Shown: positions 22,284 through 36,792, counted from the stretch's first letter. The stretch is 64,000 nucleotides of DNA from Azolla caroliniana (GCA_043228905.1 JBHGNT010000008.1:3472001-3536000), one strand, 5' to 3'. The notes: generated by a model from the sequence alone, not told the origin. Program-made: numbers and translations.

Positions 22284-24647
22284 GCTTGGCACCCCCCTTT
22301 CCTTTCTTTGGTCTATAATTCTTTATGTTTTGCTTTAATTGGTTAGATTCTAATAGTGCAGCTTGTGACTTTAAGAGAAATTCGTGCAAAGGATTGGGTT
22401 TAGTTGAATATGTGTGGAATGTATGATCGAATGTAATCAAAGTCAAAGCATTGTATCAAAGTGTGATACTCATAATCCCGACCTTATTTAGGGCAAATTG
22501 TGCATAGTCGATTATTACTCTCATCACTTCTGCCCCAACACCCTGCCTCACATATTATTGAGTGTGAGATAAGTCACATGGAAGCAATGGTTTAGATGAC
22601 AAACAACATGATGGGCTCTAACATGTATTGAAATGTGCAATTTCCTCATTTGACGAAGGACATGGTTTTGTAGTCATGTGCAACATATATTTTATAATGC
22701 GTTAAGCATGAGTCTCCACATTTTTCGCATGTCATGATACATTGGTGTTGCAAAAATGGCTCATTCGTAATGGAATCTTACATCAAACCAAAACATAAAA
22801 TTTCACTTTTATATGGATTTTGGATATTTTTACTTGTTTCCAATACGAGTATTGGAAGTCGATGGGAGGGACTTTTTGAACCTTAAACATGTAATGCTTT
22901 CCATTGCCATAATCTTAATGGGAAGTGACCTTGTCCTAAGAATGTTTCTTGACTTGGGCAAACTTTGTTAGAGAATGTTTTGAACATTTTCAAACTTTTT
23001 CCAAGTGGACTTACGGATGCTACTGTCCCATACTCCCACTCCATAGAGAAGCACCAATGTCACTAATGTGTTGAAAAGCTATTCCTCGAGGACCCAACAC
23101 TTAATTTCTCTAGGATTGCATGCATTATCAAATGCATAATATGCTCTCTTTCCCACCTCTTAAGAATTAGCGTCACCAAACTATCAAAAAGATATTTCTT
23201 GAGGACCTAGCACTTCATTTTCCACGATTGCATGTATCCTCAAATGCATAACATGCTTTCTTTCTTGCCCCGAATCAGTAGTGTGTAGTACATTCAATCC
23301 ATCTATGATTTGAAGGAATTTCAAGGCCAAGGTATTTACTACTTCCCACAATTTCAAGTGGCACATTATTGCACATAATGTATGGTTTATCTTTATTGTA
23401 ACCCTTCGAGCCAAAACAAAATAGTGTGTGATTGGTTTAATGTCACTCACGAGAATAGTTGTTGATATTAATGATGTTCGAGCACCTTTTTTATGCTCTC
23501 GACTAATCATGGCCCTATCCACATGGGGAGGGTGTTCTGAGCCAATTTACCATGTATGTCATAGAGCAAAATTCAAATATAATCTCCCACCAAATTGAAG
23601 CACATAATGATATAGTCGAGGAATCACATAATGATATAGTCGAGGAATCAGAGCTAGCATGTTTAACCAAGGAAGGAGGTTATAATCATGAGGCCTGTAA
23701 TTGCGTGGGAAAGAAGAGACAACACATGTTCTAATTAAGCAAAACATAAGAAGAAGAAGCTTGTAATCAGTTTTTCACGCCGTGGATTGGTCGGGCTCGA
23801 CCATTTGATGCCAAACTTTGGGTGCTCCAAAGAAGAAACTTTGGTGGACCGTGGAAGTGAAAAAGCTTCGAAAGGGGAAAAAAAAAAACGTGGGAAGCCA
23901 GAAGGCGCTCGAAAGAAAAAAGAAAAGAAAGAAAGAAGGAAAGCACGCAGTAAATCTCACAAAGCGGCAGTCATGATTGATTCAGTGTTTAGTTTCTAAA
24001 ACGGATGGGCGGTTTAGGGTTCCGGATGTGTCGGTTTAGGGTCCCGTCACGGCGGTTAAGCGTTGTGGATCGCCGGTTTCGAAGTGCCGGTTTGCCGGCT
24101 TAGGGTTCCGGCAGCCGGATGGACATTCTAAACGCACGTGGGAGAAAGGGATTCCCCCGGTAAAACACACACACACACAGAAAGAGGCGCGCAGAAAGAG
24201 AGACGATGATTGGACCCGCCAAAAAAGAAAAACCACCCAATTTATTTAGTAAACAAATAAAAGTAGTAGTATTATGTATAATTATTATTGAATAAATAAG
24301 CTTATTTGGTATTTGTTTTTTTTGTTTTTTTAAATAAAGAAATTAACACAAGGCCCTCCTCCCGGCGCCCGCCCCAAAAGCTGAGAGAAAATAGAAATTA
24401 AGAATGAATCAATTATAAACAAAAAAACAAAAAAAAAAGTAATGTGATTTTTAATTTTACCTATCCCCCCCCCCCCCACCCGCCTACCCAAGGAAAAAAA
24501 AAAGCAAAATCACACACACACAGAGACGCCGACGACGGAGAGAGAGAGATAGAGAGAGAGAGAGAGATAGTGAGAGAACGTCAACGTTAACGTCAACGTC
24601 AACGTGCAGGCGGCGGCGGCGGCGGCGGCGGCGAACGGATCGAATGA

Positions 24648-27005
24648 ATGGTGGCGTCTGCCGCTGGCGACGGCGTCGTTCCGCCTCCCACCGCGGAGGC
24701 GGCGCCGCCTAATCCTCCTCCGCCTCCGCCTCCGCCTCCTTCCCATGTCTCGCCCTCCGCTACCGCAAGCCCCGCCTCTACCTCTTCCTCTTCCTCTTCT
24801 TCTTCTTCTTCTTCTTCATCTTCTTCTTCCTCCACCGACGTCGACGCCTCCAATTCTCCTGCCACTTCTCCCTTGAATCCCTACCACCAGATCCACCCCT
24901 TCCCGCCGCCGCCGCCGCCGCCGCCGCTTCACCTCCCCCAGCAGCGCCTCCCCTCCCTAAACCTCTCCCCCACCACTACCACTACCACTACCACTACCGC
25001 CGCCGTTCCTCCTCCTCCTCCTCCGCCGCCGCCGCCGCCGCCTCCTCCCTCTGACCGCCACTTCCGAGACGACTGCTGGAGCGAAGACGCCACCGTCGCC
25101 CTCATCCAAGCCTGGGGCGACCGCTACCTGGAGCTCAACCGCGGCAACCTCAAGCAGAAGCACTGGCGAGACGTCGCCGATTCCGTCAATAACCGCTCCT
25201 CCAACTCCAACTCCAACTCCAACTCCTCCTCTAAACCGCCCAAGACGGATGTGCAGTGCAAGAACCGGCTGGACACGCTCAAGAAGAAGTACAAGATCGA
25301 GAAGAGCAAGATCGTGATGGGCGGCACCCCCAGCAAATGGCCCTTCTTTGACCGCCTCGATGACCTCATCGGCCCCTCCAAGAAGCCGAAGCTCGCGGCG
25401 CTTGTCGCTGGGAAGGTCCGCCAGATCTCTGCCTCTGCATCTGCATCTGCATCTGCTGTCGCTAGCAACCGGCCATTGGACGAAGATCTAAAGCCTTTGC
25501 CTCTCTTGCTTCCTGCACCGCCGCCGCCGCCGCTGCCCATCAGAGCTAACCCTATTTCTGCCGCCCCTGCCCCTAACACCAACACAGAAACCCCCCCCAA
25601 ATCCAAAGCCGACCACAGGTCCACCCACACCATGTCGCCTCCCCCAGCGCCTGCACCTCCTGGCAGAGAAGAGAATTATAATGGCGGCAAGAGATTGCGC
25701 AAGAAGAAGAGAATCGCAACTGCCCGGTTCTGCGAGGAGGAAGAGGAGGAAGAAGAAGAAGAAGAAGAAGAAGAAGAAGAAGAAGGAGAAGGAGAAGGAG
25801 AAGAAGGAGAATACTCGAGTTTCAGGGAATTGGCTGCTTCCATCATCAAATTCGCAGAGGTATATGAGAGAGTCGAAACGAAGAAGCAGAAACAAATGGT
25901 AGAACTCGAGAAACAGAGGATGGAATTTACGAAAGACCTCGAGATTCAACGCCTGCAACTCTTTATGCAAACGCAGGTGGAGCTGGCTAAGCTCAAGCAT
26001 AGCAACAACAAACACAGCAACAGCCACAATACTGGTAGGCACATTTCTCTCTCTGTCAATACATATCTGTATATACCTGGCCATCAAAACCCTGTAATGT
26101 CAAACATGTTGGAAGGATTGTGCTATGTTAATGCCTAACCATCAAACTGCCGTAATGTCGAACATGTTGGAAGGATTTTGCTATGTTAACATCTAGCCAT
26201 CAAAACCCTGTATTGTCAAACATGTTGGAAGGATTGTGCTGTCTTATTGCCTAGCCATCAGAACCCTTTAATGTCGAACATGTTGGAAGGATTGTGCTAT
26301 GTTAACATCTAACCATCACAACCCTGTAATGTCGAACATGTTGGAAGGATTTTGCTATGTTAACACCTAACCATCACAACCCTGTAATGTCGAACATGTT
26401 GGAAGGATTGTGCTATGTTAACATCTAGCCATCACAACCTTGTGATTTAATGTCAAAATTGTTGGAAAGCACGATATATATTATAACCAATTGCGAGATT
26501 AGAACTTGGGTGCTCGCATGGCTCTCATGCTATGGTGTAAACCACGAAGCAAGTAACCGGAGACAGAGTGAAAGAAAGGGATAAGTCTTAAGATGTAGAA
26601 TCCCCAATCAATTGTATTGATTTAAAACAAGAGAGAACTCTTATGCAAAGAGGGGGTGAGGACATGGGTTCTCTATAGAAGCGAATTCTGCTATACTTAT
26701 AAGATTACAATGTAGAGAAACATGAGAGGGACTAAGTTTATGTCTATCTTGCAAAATGGGCAGCACTGTGTCATAAAAACCCTCTTTGTGAGCTTCATCA
26801 TATCTCTCTCCACTTTATCTGTTATTGTTGTTGCTTTATCATAGGTCTTTAATTCGCTTACCTTTTCAGAGTAAAATTTCTTTTGCATTTTGTTTTAGCT
26901 ACAGCTTAGCTTGTTGTAAAAAGATAATTTTATTGCGTAACTATGTTTAGCCTTCCTGACGGAATTCTTCTCTCATGCATCATCATTGCAGAACACTACC
27001 GTTGA
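24648..27005 (+). CDS. Trihelix transcription factor, ASIL/SIP1 clade (~466 aa); exons 24648-26034 and 26992-27005
   Basis: Myb/SANT-like trihelix domain [19 protein letters not shown]...KQKHWRDVA...[14 protein letters not shown]...[10 protein letters not shown] and C-terminal coiled coil [17 protein letters not shown]...[10 protein letters not shown] donor at 26035; the TTGCAG acceptor at 26991 gives an in-phase EHYR* end. Confidence 0.9.
26081..26469 (+). repeat. 58-bp minisatellite, about 6.6 copies, in the trihelix intron
   Basis: Unit CCATCAAAACCCTGTAATGTCGAACATGTTGGAAGGATTGTGCTATGTTAACATCTAA starts at 26081, 26139, 26197, 26255, 26313, 26371 and 26429. Confidence 0.95.
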
Positions 27006-30000
27006 TCCTGATGCCGCGATATCATCTAATATATCCGGAAGCAACATATTATATATATGAAACATTGGTCGCACATTGTGGCCTCAATAGTTGTTCGCAT
27101 ACTCCGTCTCAAGACATGGAAATATAGAACATTCGCCAAGGATGGGTATTGTCTTTACAACGTTGATTGACATGTTAGTTTGACCTCTCTGCTGTTGAGA
27201 ATATGCCTATTTTGCACTCGAAATCACAACCCGGAAAATGTCTGTCTGATGGGGTTTTCCAATGAGTTGGTGGTGCCTTTAACCTTGATTTTTACTACTG
27301 TATATTACTGGAGCTTCCATGTAGTCTTTGCTCAGAAGAGAAATGCAAGAGATTTGAGGATGTAATTTTCAAAAGAAGCTCAAGTTCCAGCGTCACATTC
27401 CAAAAATGATCCAGTAGTAGGACCTGAGTTGAGGGATATATTCTTACCCTAACCTAACATGGTTTCTTTTCTTTTCTGTGTACATTCATGTTCTAGATTT
27501 AACTCATTTTTATCTGGTGCAAGCTTTATTTTGGAGAGAGAAAATGGCTATTGTTCTATTTATTTTTGCTACTACTACTGACTGCCTTTGGATTGTAAGG
27601 TAACAAAGCTTTCAACCTTAAAGCTCTCATTTTTTTTCCAGTGACAATTACTGACTGCCTTTGGATTGTAACCTAACAAAGCTTTTAACTGTAAAGCCTA
27701 ACAAAAAGAACTGAAATTGGGAGTATGATTGTGAGCTTGAGTGCATTGATGTCAAAGAAACTTCCATTTGCTCATCCATTGCTTACTAAAGATAACACAT
27801 GAATTCCATGGAAAGATATGTGTAGAAGTGTTGTAGGTAAGTGTATGCACATATGTGTAGCTGCTGGTTTCAGTGTGTTTCTACATGTTTTCTGTATGAC
27901 TGTCTACATGCCTGGTTGTGTGTGTGAATGCATATCTACTTGTAGGTCAATTTTCAAGCTAAATACGCAGTTTTCAAGCTAAGAAGAGAGATATACATGT
28001 CTGAACTATTATTATCTATGCATGGGGAATTTTACTAATCACCAGCAAGGCCAGAGGTTATTATTGTCAGTGAGACTCACAATGTGATCTAGAAGTTGTG
28101 GTTCAGAAATTTTCTGTGTTCTGGTAGTCGTCTAATGGAAGTAAATGTTCATTGTGGTGTAAATCCATGCCCATGCCCTCCTCTAATGGAGCCAATGTGA
28201 CACAAATCAAAGAGATGAGTTTTAAGCATTTGATTCTTTTCGTTCCAAAACTGTGAACTATATGGATATCGGTACGAGGCAACAATGACAACTTGAGCTC
28301 GGTAATCCCTCACTAATGGATAAACCCTAAACTTAAGCTAATTAGGTGAGCAAAACCATGTTCATCATGCACACTCTCTCTGTTGTTGCCATATTTGTAT
28401 ATGTAGAATGGTTGTCAAAAAACATATATTTCTTTACTATTTTACAATCAAAATTGGATAGCCGTGTTAGATACAATTTCTTGAAATAATTCTTCAGAAG
28501 GTACAATGCCTTAAAGGCTTGGATGCACCAAAACATTTTATCCACCCCTCAAAACTGTTGGATGAAAAGGTTACCCCTCTCTTGCACAACCGACAAGGTT
28601 TTACCAACCTGAACTCTCAAAACCTCCTTGCACCTGTTGTGGATTAAGCCTAACAAGCCTAAAAGGGAGTTTTAAACCTCAAAGATAAAAGGAACTCCTA
28701 CCATAGTGGGAATAGACTTTGTTTAGATACAAATAGAAATGCGTGCAATGCAACAATGAACCACAACAAGAGGTTCAAATTATTAGGGTATGTATAAACC
28801 GCACGATTCCAAAACATGTTCATGCTTTGCTTTGATCTTACATAATAGATCAAAACATCACTAGAATAACAATGGTTAAATGAAAATTTGATATTTGCTT
28901 CGGTAATAGAGTGAAACATCACTAGAACTAACAATGGTTAATGACAATTTGATAAATGTGTTGATGAAGCTATGTACCATATCACCCGTTATTGGATATC
29001 CCATTTGTGTCGAGGGTGTTTGTACACTCTTCGATTAGATGAGAATAGCAACCAAGTCTGATCATCCTAGCCATACCTTGCTCAACTTCATCATCAACAC
29101 TCTATGATGGACTGCAAAATATAATGAAGTTGTTCACATTTTAGTGTCAAGTTGGTAAATGTGTATTTTGCTTGGACTTCAAAGTCCGAGCCATCCATAT
29201 CTAAGTACCAATGACAAAAATTATGGGGCTCGATCCTCTATTATTTTGTATTTGGGAAAGTGATTTTCCACTTTTTCGGTATTTATCGTGATGTCTTTTC
29301 TTTCACCAGACCTCCCCCATGACATCTCAAAATAATAACTAGTGCCCATGGTTTTTAAAAAATAAAAAGATGTCAGAAAGGTAGAAACTCAGTTAGGCTA
29401 AGTTTCTTTTTTCCGGCCTAGATCCTACGTGTTCAGTTCGATGGGGGAACTGACAACACTTTTGGTTGGAACTAACGATTGGGGTTGTGTATGGGCCAAC
29501 ATAAAGTAATCAAGTTGAAGGAGATGAAGAGATTGTGTGTGTTGTCAAGTAGCAAATTAAGAAAAGAAGGTGAAGAGACAACATGTGTGTGCTCTTTTCT
29601 TTGCCTTGAACAACTATTGATTTTATAGATAGGCATGAAGCTCGATGGGGTGGGGCATTCTTGAAATCACATTTTCTGTTTCTAATGGAATGACATTGCT
29701 ACGATTTCCATCAATCAAGTTTACTTTGGTACTACAATCAGTATAAAGTTATTTATATGTCAATTCTATTAGCCTTTTCGTGTTCTTCTCGTATGTGATC
29801 ATTGACAACTTTGTTGACCTAAAGTGTAATAATTATCATGTTGATCAAAGGTATCACAACAAGACATAAATTGCAAGTTTATTCTTTGGTGAGAAGTGAA
29901 GTGGTGGAAGGGCTTCTTTCTTAATTCCAGAGGTGAGCAATCCATAATCCATTCATGAGATGTCCTTCACACATATATTACAATCCACACCCTTCCATTT

Positions 30001-30849
30001 CATTGCCCGACCATGCATTCTCTTATTGCTACTACTTTGTAATTACGTAAAACAATTAGTGGCAAATGTGGCCTATGAGAGAGAGAGAGATATAGAACAA
30101 AAAATGCCACTCTCAATCAGCATTGAACAAAGTCTTTTTCAAAATAATTGTTTGGAAAAAGAGATGAGGGAAACATGAACGTACCCTAACTTATTGACAA
30201 CTACAACAGTTGCATGTTTATCAAGTTACCAGTTGATCCGCACTTTTTTAGGTCTAACTAACTAACTTGCAATCATGAATGGTCATATACATTGGTAATT
30301 GCAGATAAAAAAAACATGCTTTTAAGAGCTCGTCGATTAGCACTGAAAGCTTGTCTTCATTGGGGAGGGGAGAGAATACTCACCCACCAATTTAAGAAAC
30401 TCACTTCCACTTGCTCACCAAGAATTCCCCCATGTTTTGCATTTTCAAGATATGGTTTAACCAAAGGCATCAGGAAAACCAACAATAATTGGATGCCTTT
30501 ATATTATTTGTGGGAGGCCTTGTGAGAAATCTTGACAATCACATTTCCTTGCTTTGAAGGGTCGCACATTTTGCCAAGAATCAACAATGGATTGTTTTTC
30601 TCTTCTAGCGAATAAATTAATAATGTTTGTTTTCCCATATTGAAAATGTGTATGTACTACATAACAAACAAACAAACTTCCTCTCATTGCGAAGAGAAAC
30701 TCGAATTTTGACGAATATTTAGTACATTGGACGACATTTGTTGAAATGAGAGTTATATGGCTAAAAATTGTTGTACAAAATATGATTAGCTCTGTCTTAA
30801 GAAAATATATATATGTACCCCATTGTCACATACTCTTAAAGTCAATGTG

Positions 30850-31450
30850 ACAAAACATTCTTATTGTGATGGTATTGACATGGTCAATGTGCACACAAAA
30901 AAATTGTGGAATTTCTATTCAAATTGAATGGTCACAAACCAAGGCATGTGAAGGTACATTCCCATAGAACCGAGCATTTGTAAAAGAAAAAGGTGCACTG
31001 TGAATCAGAAAGAAGAAGAAAAAGAAGGAGAGACATCGTTCATGTTTTGGGTTGGAACTCGTAAATATCCAAAACACATGGGTTTTGTCCCCAAAGAGGA
31101 AGGCCTCATATCCTAAGCTAAAAGAGTTAATTGGATGAGAACGTCATCTTTGACCTAAAAGATTATGTTTTTGAAATGTCCAAAGCTCTAACTTACTCCA
31201 AAAGATGAATGCTAATGATGGTGACACCTACAAGTCTCGAGTTGAAACAAAGCAAGCAGTGGAGCCGCATGTACATCAACTTATAGTGGTATTGACTATG
31301 CAACAGTAGGATGTCACATGGGCTTGGAGAAATAAGGCCAATGATCAAATGCGAGAATAACAAAGATTGGAGATAAAAGGATGGGGTTGATGAAAAACCA
31401 TGATGTGGGGAGCAAGAGCAAGAACTCTTTGAGTGTCACACATGGAGAAC
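30850..31450 (+). mobile_element. Possible highly decayed retroelement remnant
   Basis: Only weak copia-like traces (a YKSR-type RT motif near 31230); no ORF. Confidence 0.25.
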
Positions 31451-34400
31451 AAGATAAAGAACCTATTCATTTTTTAAAGTAAATACATAAAGTAGAAATT
31501 TACATTTGGAATTAAAACTTAAACCTTCCTTGGACATAGTTACAACGTTTGGAAATGGGCCCCATCTTTAGAGTTTCTCGAAATTTCATAAAAAAAGGGA
31601 TACTTTGATTTTTAGGGGAACACCTTACCTTGCATTTAATAAAAGTAAAGGGATGCCATACCTTGGGAATCTTCCTCCTACAAGAAAAAGGAAGGTGGTA
31701 ATTCAAACTTCAAAGTTGATGATATAGAAGTAATGATACATTTGCATTCCTCGTAGTATGTTGTGTTGACGAGGGTTTCATACTCCTAGGCATGGGAGTA
31801 AGATGCGCGTGTGAACCACGCATTATGAACTTGGGTAGCAACTATGCATTGTTTGAAAAGGTGTGAAATCACGAATCAAAATAGAGAGTGCCGGTTCTCA
31901 TGGTGAATTGGGGTTGTATTTGGGATTACATGACATGTATAGACTAGGTTGTGCATGTGAACCGAACTCACGTACCGAGAACCATGCCTATGAGAAGGTG
32001 TGAAATCTCAATAAAAGAGACATTACCTCATGGTTAATTGTAAATAGAGATGCATAGCTCATATTTGTAACGGAAATATTGTATGATTGTTTTCGAATAC
32101 AAAAAAGTAATTTGTATTACATTTGCGTGGCTTATGCTACCCTCGTTGTATCATCTCGTTTCCTCGTTTAGTTGCAATCCTAGCATGTAGAGACTACCTT
32201 CAAGAGTAATTTCATGCGAAAATCAATGAATTTGTTCAAAGTTACTTATGTGATACACCACATGCCCGTGCGGATTTTGATGGCCAAAATAAATGTGATT
32301 TCCTCAATAATGAAGATATTATGTTTAACTTGTTCACTTCTTATTCAATATTGTAAATTCAATGCGTATCTTCAAGAATCTAAGCGGAAAAAGGTGAGTT
32401 ATTTGGGGTATATGAGTACAGTGTATTTGTGTGGAAACACGTGCATAAGTATGTGAAAATATGTGAAAACTCAAGCAACAAGGCGAAGTCTCTAGAGAAT
32501 GAGAAATACTCACATACAAAGGCCTTTACTAAAGTTAAATTTGATAAAAATGTCGAACAAATCTCTTTATTGCATTGTGTGGCTTGTATCTACATCCAAA
32601 ATGTTCATTTGTTAAGGCAATTGATACTTTGGGTTGATAATTGAAAGGGCGTGTGATCTTTTAACTTTTCCAAGGTTTTAGCTAGCAAATATATGGTGGG
32701 TTGATAATAGAAACCACATGTGATCTTTTTTAACTCTTCATTGTATTTGCCCCACACAAGCTAGAATTAGTGGCTAGACATTTGGAATGTACATGTCTTG
32801 AATTAGGGATAAATAGGAGAAAAGAAGATTAAACTTAGAGAATCTCAATTATAGTACAATATATTGATGCTTTCATGCCTATGATTCGCAAAATTGTGGG
32901 TACATGTTCCTTTTACCTCAACACGAAAAATCTATTTGTTTTCATAAAGGAACTATAAAACAAGTATGCTAGTACCTATGATTACGGAAGTGTTTGCATG
33001 GAGAAGTTCCACTCAATCATGAAATATGTGTGACAATTGGTAGTTGACGACATGCATGTAAATATAAAATCCTATGAATAGGTTGCACTTTGAAGCATGA
33101 CATAAAAGATTGTCAATGTTTATATTACTTTTTGAAAGATTTTCACTGAATCCTCACAATGTAGATAACCTTTACTTGTACTAGACCAAAAGATTAATTT
33201 GTTTCAACGTGTCAAAGAGCAAACATAACATCAAATGGAAGAAGATGATCAAAGAAATTCATTCAAATTGTTGAAAATCAAAGGGCCTATTTATGGCATG
33301 CATTTACCTAGAACCCTTGGTGGAAGATTATATTTCCAAGTACAATTAGAGACGAATCAACATAAGTAATATTGTACAAGCCTTCGTTGTCAATGAGACC
33401 CTTGTATTAGGTGTTTTGCCTACATCTCTACAACTAATTATTCATAGTACATAAACGTGTACAAAAATTGGGACAACATTAGCCCATTATATTTGTTTCA
33501 TCTAACTTGATATAGGAAAGCAAATAACAAAAATAATACAACAAAGGAAATGTTGATTTAGTTTCATTTGAAACATCAAATATACAAAAATTGTTTGTCC
33601 AACAAAGATCTCTCGATATGATTACATGAGAAAAACACATTATGCAAGGTAAGAAGCAACATTTTCTTCTATGTTTCTACATGTTGGCCCTACAAATTTT
33701 TGCACAAAGGGGTTGCTCTTAAAAGTAATATTTGTTCACAATATGCACTTCACATGAACTTGTGGGTGAAGCTTTGAGCATCAAATATCCAATGAGAGAG
33801 AGGAATGTTTTCCATGGAGCTATTCACTATGGAGTGAGAATGTGATTTGATATCCTCTTCATTGTTAAATTGTAATAGTGCGTAGAGGCATATTTCCTTT
33901 TCCACGACAGCGGATGCTTATATTCGTCTTATTTGAAAGGGAAGCGCAACACAATATGTTCTTAGGAGTATGTTGAGACTTGTTTGTCCCATTTTATTTG
34001 TCTCATTTGAAAAGCATATAACCAAAGTAAATTCGACAAATGTAGTGCCAGTTATAACATCGGATTCAAACCAAGTTGTTAGGATATTAAAATGGATTCA
34101 TCCCATTTTTCTATAGATTATGTATATTGTTCCACCATTGCCTAACTATGAGGGTTGATGGAAGGAATATCATTCGAGTAGAAGAAGTACCATATTTTTG
34201 TTGTTTACGTGGAGAAAAAGATACATAAAGTATATCAAGATAAAGATACACGAAAAAGGAGAAAGAAAGAAAGAAATGTTAATGTCTTCTAAGACCAAAT
34301 TTGGATTTTCTATGAAATTCAAGCATCGAATTCTTAATCCGAAGTAATAAATAAAACTAGAACATCACATAAAAGTTTTTCAATGCTTTACTTTAACACC

Positions 34401-34994
34401 ACACAATTTAAGATAACTAACTAACCATCGTTGTTATGACGATAATTTTATGATGGCCCTCTATGACCTTTTTGTACGTAGTATAATTATGGGTTAGGGA
34501 TGGAATCATGCACCACTAGGCATTGAGGAAATCCTTCAATGTGGGTAAGTAGGATAAAGAAAAGGGGCAAAAATGATAGAGTACAAGGTCAACAACATAA
34601 GCATACCCATATTGTGAGCCTAAACGGTTCCACATCTAATATCACATAAGATAGAAGCGTCATTGAATTTTCCACTCTACCATCCAATATTTAGTGACCC
34701 TTATGCATGGGCCTACCCCAAGTTAGGCTAGTCATATATAGCATAATTGAAAGTTGGACAACCTAGGATCTATCCCTAATTCACATTCTTTCACATTGAA
34801 CCCTTAGCCTAACAAGTGTCCTTGTGATTGAACCCAACCATTAGACATTTTTAAATCATGCACCACCCCATACATGTGACCACCAAACGACATGATTGCC
34901 ATTGATGGACATCATACAAATGCGAGAAGAGCAAAGTTTGGACTTTTTTATGTTGGTAATTCGTTGAGTTTCCTTTTCACAGAAGGAACTTTGC

Positions 34995-35491
34995 CACACA
35001 TCATTCTCGAGTGTCATGTACTCTACAAGTGACATCCATTCCCAGTTAGTTATGTCCATTCACAATCGTTGTATGGAGACAAATGACATCCACTCCCTCT
35101 CTATTAGATAGATGGTTGGAAAGGAGCGATAGGGGTGTGTGTGCATGTAATGTAATGTAGTTTGGATTCATAGCCAAGTTTAGGATGGAGGCTAGACAAG
35201 TGTGAAACCGAATCATGTGTCATAGCTTCTTCTAGTTTGAATAGAGGAGCTCCATTCTCCTTGGTCTGTTTTGTTCAGAGTCTCTGCTTTCTATACAATA
35301 TGCTTAATCATTCATCGTATTGTGTGAGAAGAGAACAAACAAATGCGACACCCACACATCATTCTCGAATGTCTTGTACTCTACAAGTGGCATCCATTCC
35401 CAATTAGTTATGTCCATTCACGATCTCCGTATGGAGGCAAATGACATCCACTCCCTCTCTTATTAGACAGATGGTTGGGAAGGAGAGACAG

Positions 35492-35522
<31 letters not shown>

Positions 35523-36140
35523 GTAGCTTGGTTCCATAGCCAAGTTTAGGATGTAGGTGGGACAAGTGTGAAACCGAATAATGTGCCATAACTTCTTCTG
35601 GTTTGAACAGAGTGCTCCATTCTCCTTGCTCTGTTAAGCGGCATCCATTCCCAGTTAGTTATGTCCATTCGCAATCGCCGTATGGAGACAAATGACATCC
35701 ACTCCCTCTCTTATTAGATAGATGGTTGGAAAGGAGAGATAGGTGTGTGTGTGTGTGTATGTAATGTAGCTTGGATCCAGAGCCAAGTTTAGGATGGAGG
35801 TGGGACAAGTGTGAAACCGAATAATGTGCCATAGCTTCTTCTGGTTTGAACAAAGTGCTCCATTCTCCTTGCTTTGTTAAATGGCATCCATTCCCAGTTA
35901 GTTATGTCCATTCGCGATCGCTGTATGGAGACAAATGACATCCACACCATCTCTTATTAGATAGATGGTTGGAAAGGAGGGACAAGTTTGTTTGTTTGTG
36001 TGTGTGTGTGTGTAATGTAGCTTGGTTCCATAGCCAAGTTTAGGATGTAGGCCGGACAAGTGTGAAACCGAATCATGTGCCATAGCTTCTTCTGGTTTGA
36101 ACCGAGGAGCTCCTCCATTTTCTCCTTGCTCTGTTCTGCT
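34995..36140 (+). repeat. Four tandem ~245-bp units directly upstream of the CDPK 5' UTR
   Basis: CATCCATTCCCAGTTAGTTATGTCCATTC...(GT)n...GGACAAGTGTGAAACCGAA...CTCCATTCTCCTTGCTCTGTT at ~35033, ~35391, ~35642 and ~35885. Confidence 0.93.
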
Positions 36141-36792
36141 CAGAGTCTCCTGCTTTCTGCTGCTCTCCCCTTTCTCCCTGCTGCACTTCTAACACTAGAT
36201 CGCCCCCATATCTGCATTGGGTTCGCCTCATTTTCCCTTCTATTTCTTACCCCATTTCAAGACCTCGAGGTAAAGAGCGTTTTCCTTCCTTTTCTTCTGT
36301 AGCCGGAACGATTTACTTTGTTTTGACAACAGATGGAAAAAAAACAAATGCAATGTGATTCTATTTATTTATCTGTTATTTTGCATCAAGCATAGCCTCA
36401 TACATTTTGCTGTGAACACAGTTGGACCTCCTTTCTCCACAGTTTGGATGTGTATTGTGCAAAGATTGTGGAAAGGCATCAAACTCACAGTTCCTTCTCG
36501 AAATGCTTTTTCTTCAGAGATTTCCTTTTGTGTGTGGGTATAAGTCAGTGAGAATTACATGCTTTTCAACCATATTGGAATCATCCATAATGCTCACCTA
36601 TATATGTTGATAATTTGTGACTCAGAAACTAGGGTTGGTTTGATCCAATTGAATGGGTTCACGGGGAGCTTTTCCTTATATCTGAGAAAGAATCACATGT
36701 AGTTCAAGCACATTGGATTCTTCTGAGATAATGCTCGATAATAACAATCATATTTGAATCACTCAAACTAGGTTTGTTTCGATTTAGTAGAA

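Noticed and set aside
22300-24000. Possible DNA transposon remnant
   Set aside because: No recognisable transposase motif, TIR or TSD by eye
24010-24110. TTTAGGG-like motifs as an interstitial telomere
   Set aside because: Three isolated copies, not tandem; at most telo-box promoter motifs
24510-26087. Antisense and alternative-frame ORFs over the trihelix gene
   Set aside because: By-products of GC-rich triplet repeats (poly-R, G, E, F, K)
26081-26469. Regular repeat array resembling CRISPR
   Set aside because: Units are contiguous with no unique spacers, it lies in a eukaryotic intron and there are no cas genes
28270-29100. LTR-like sequence
   Set aside because: No definable termini, TSD, PBS or partner
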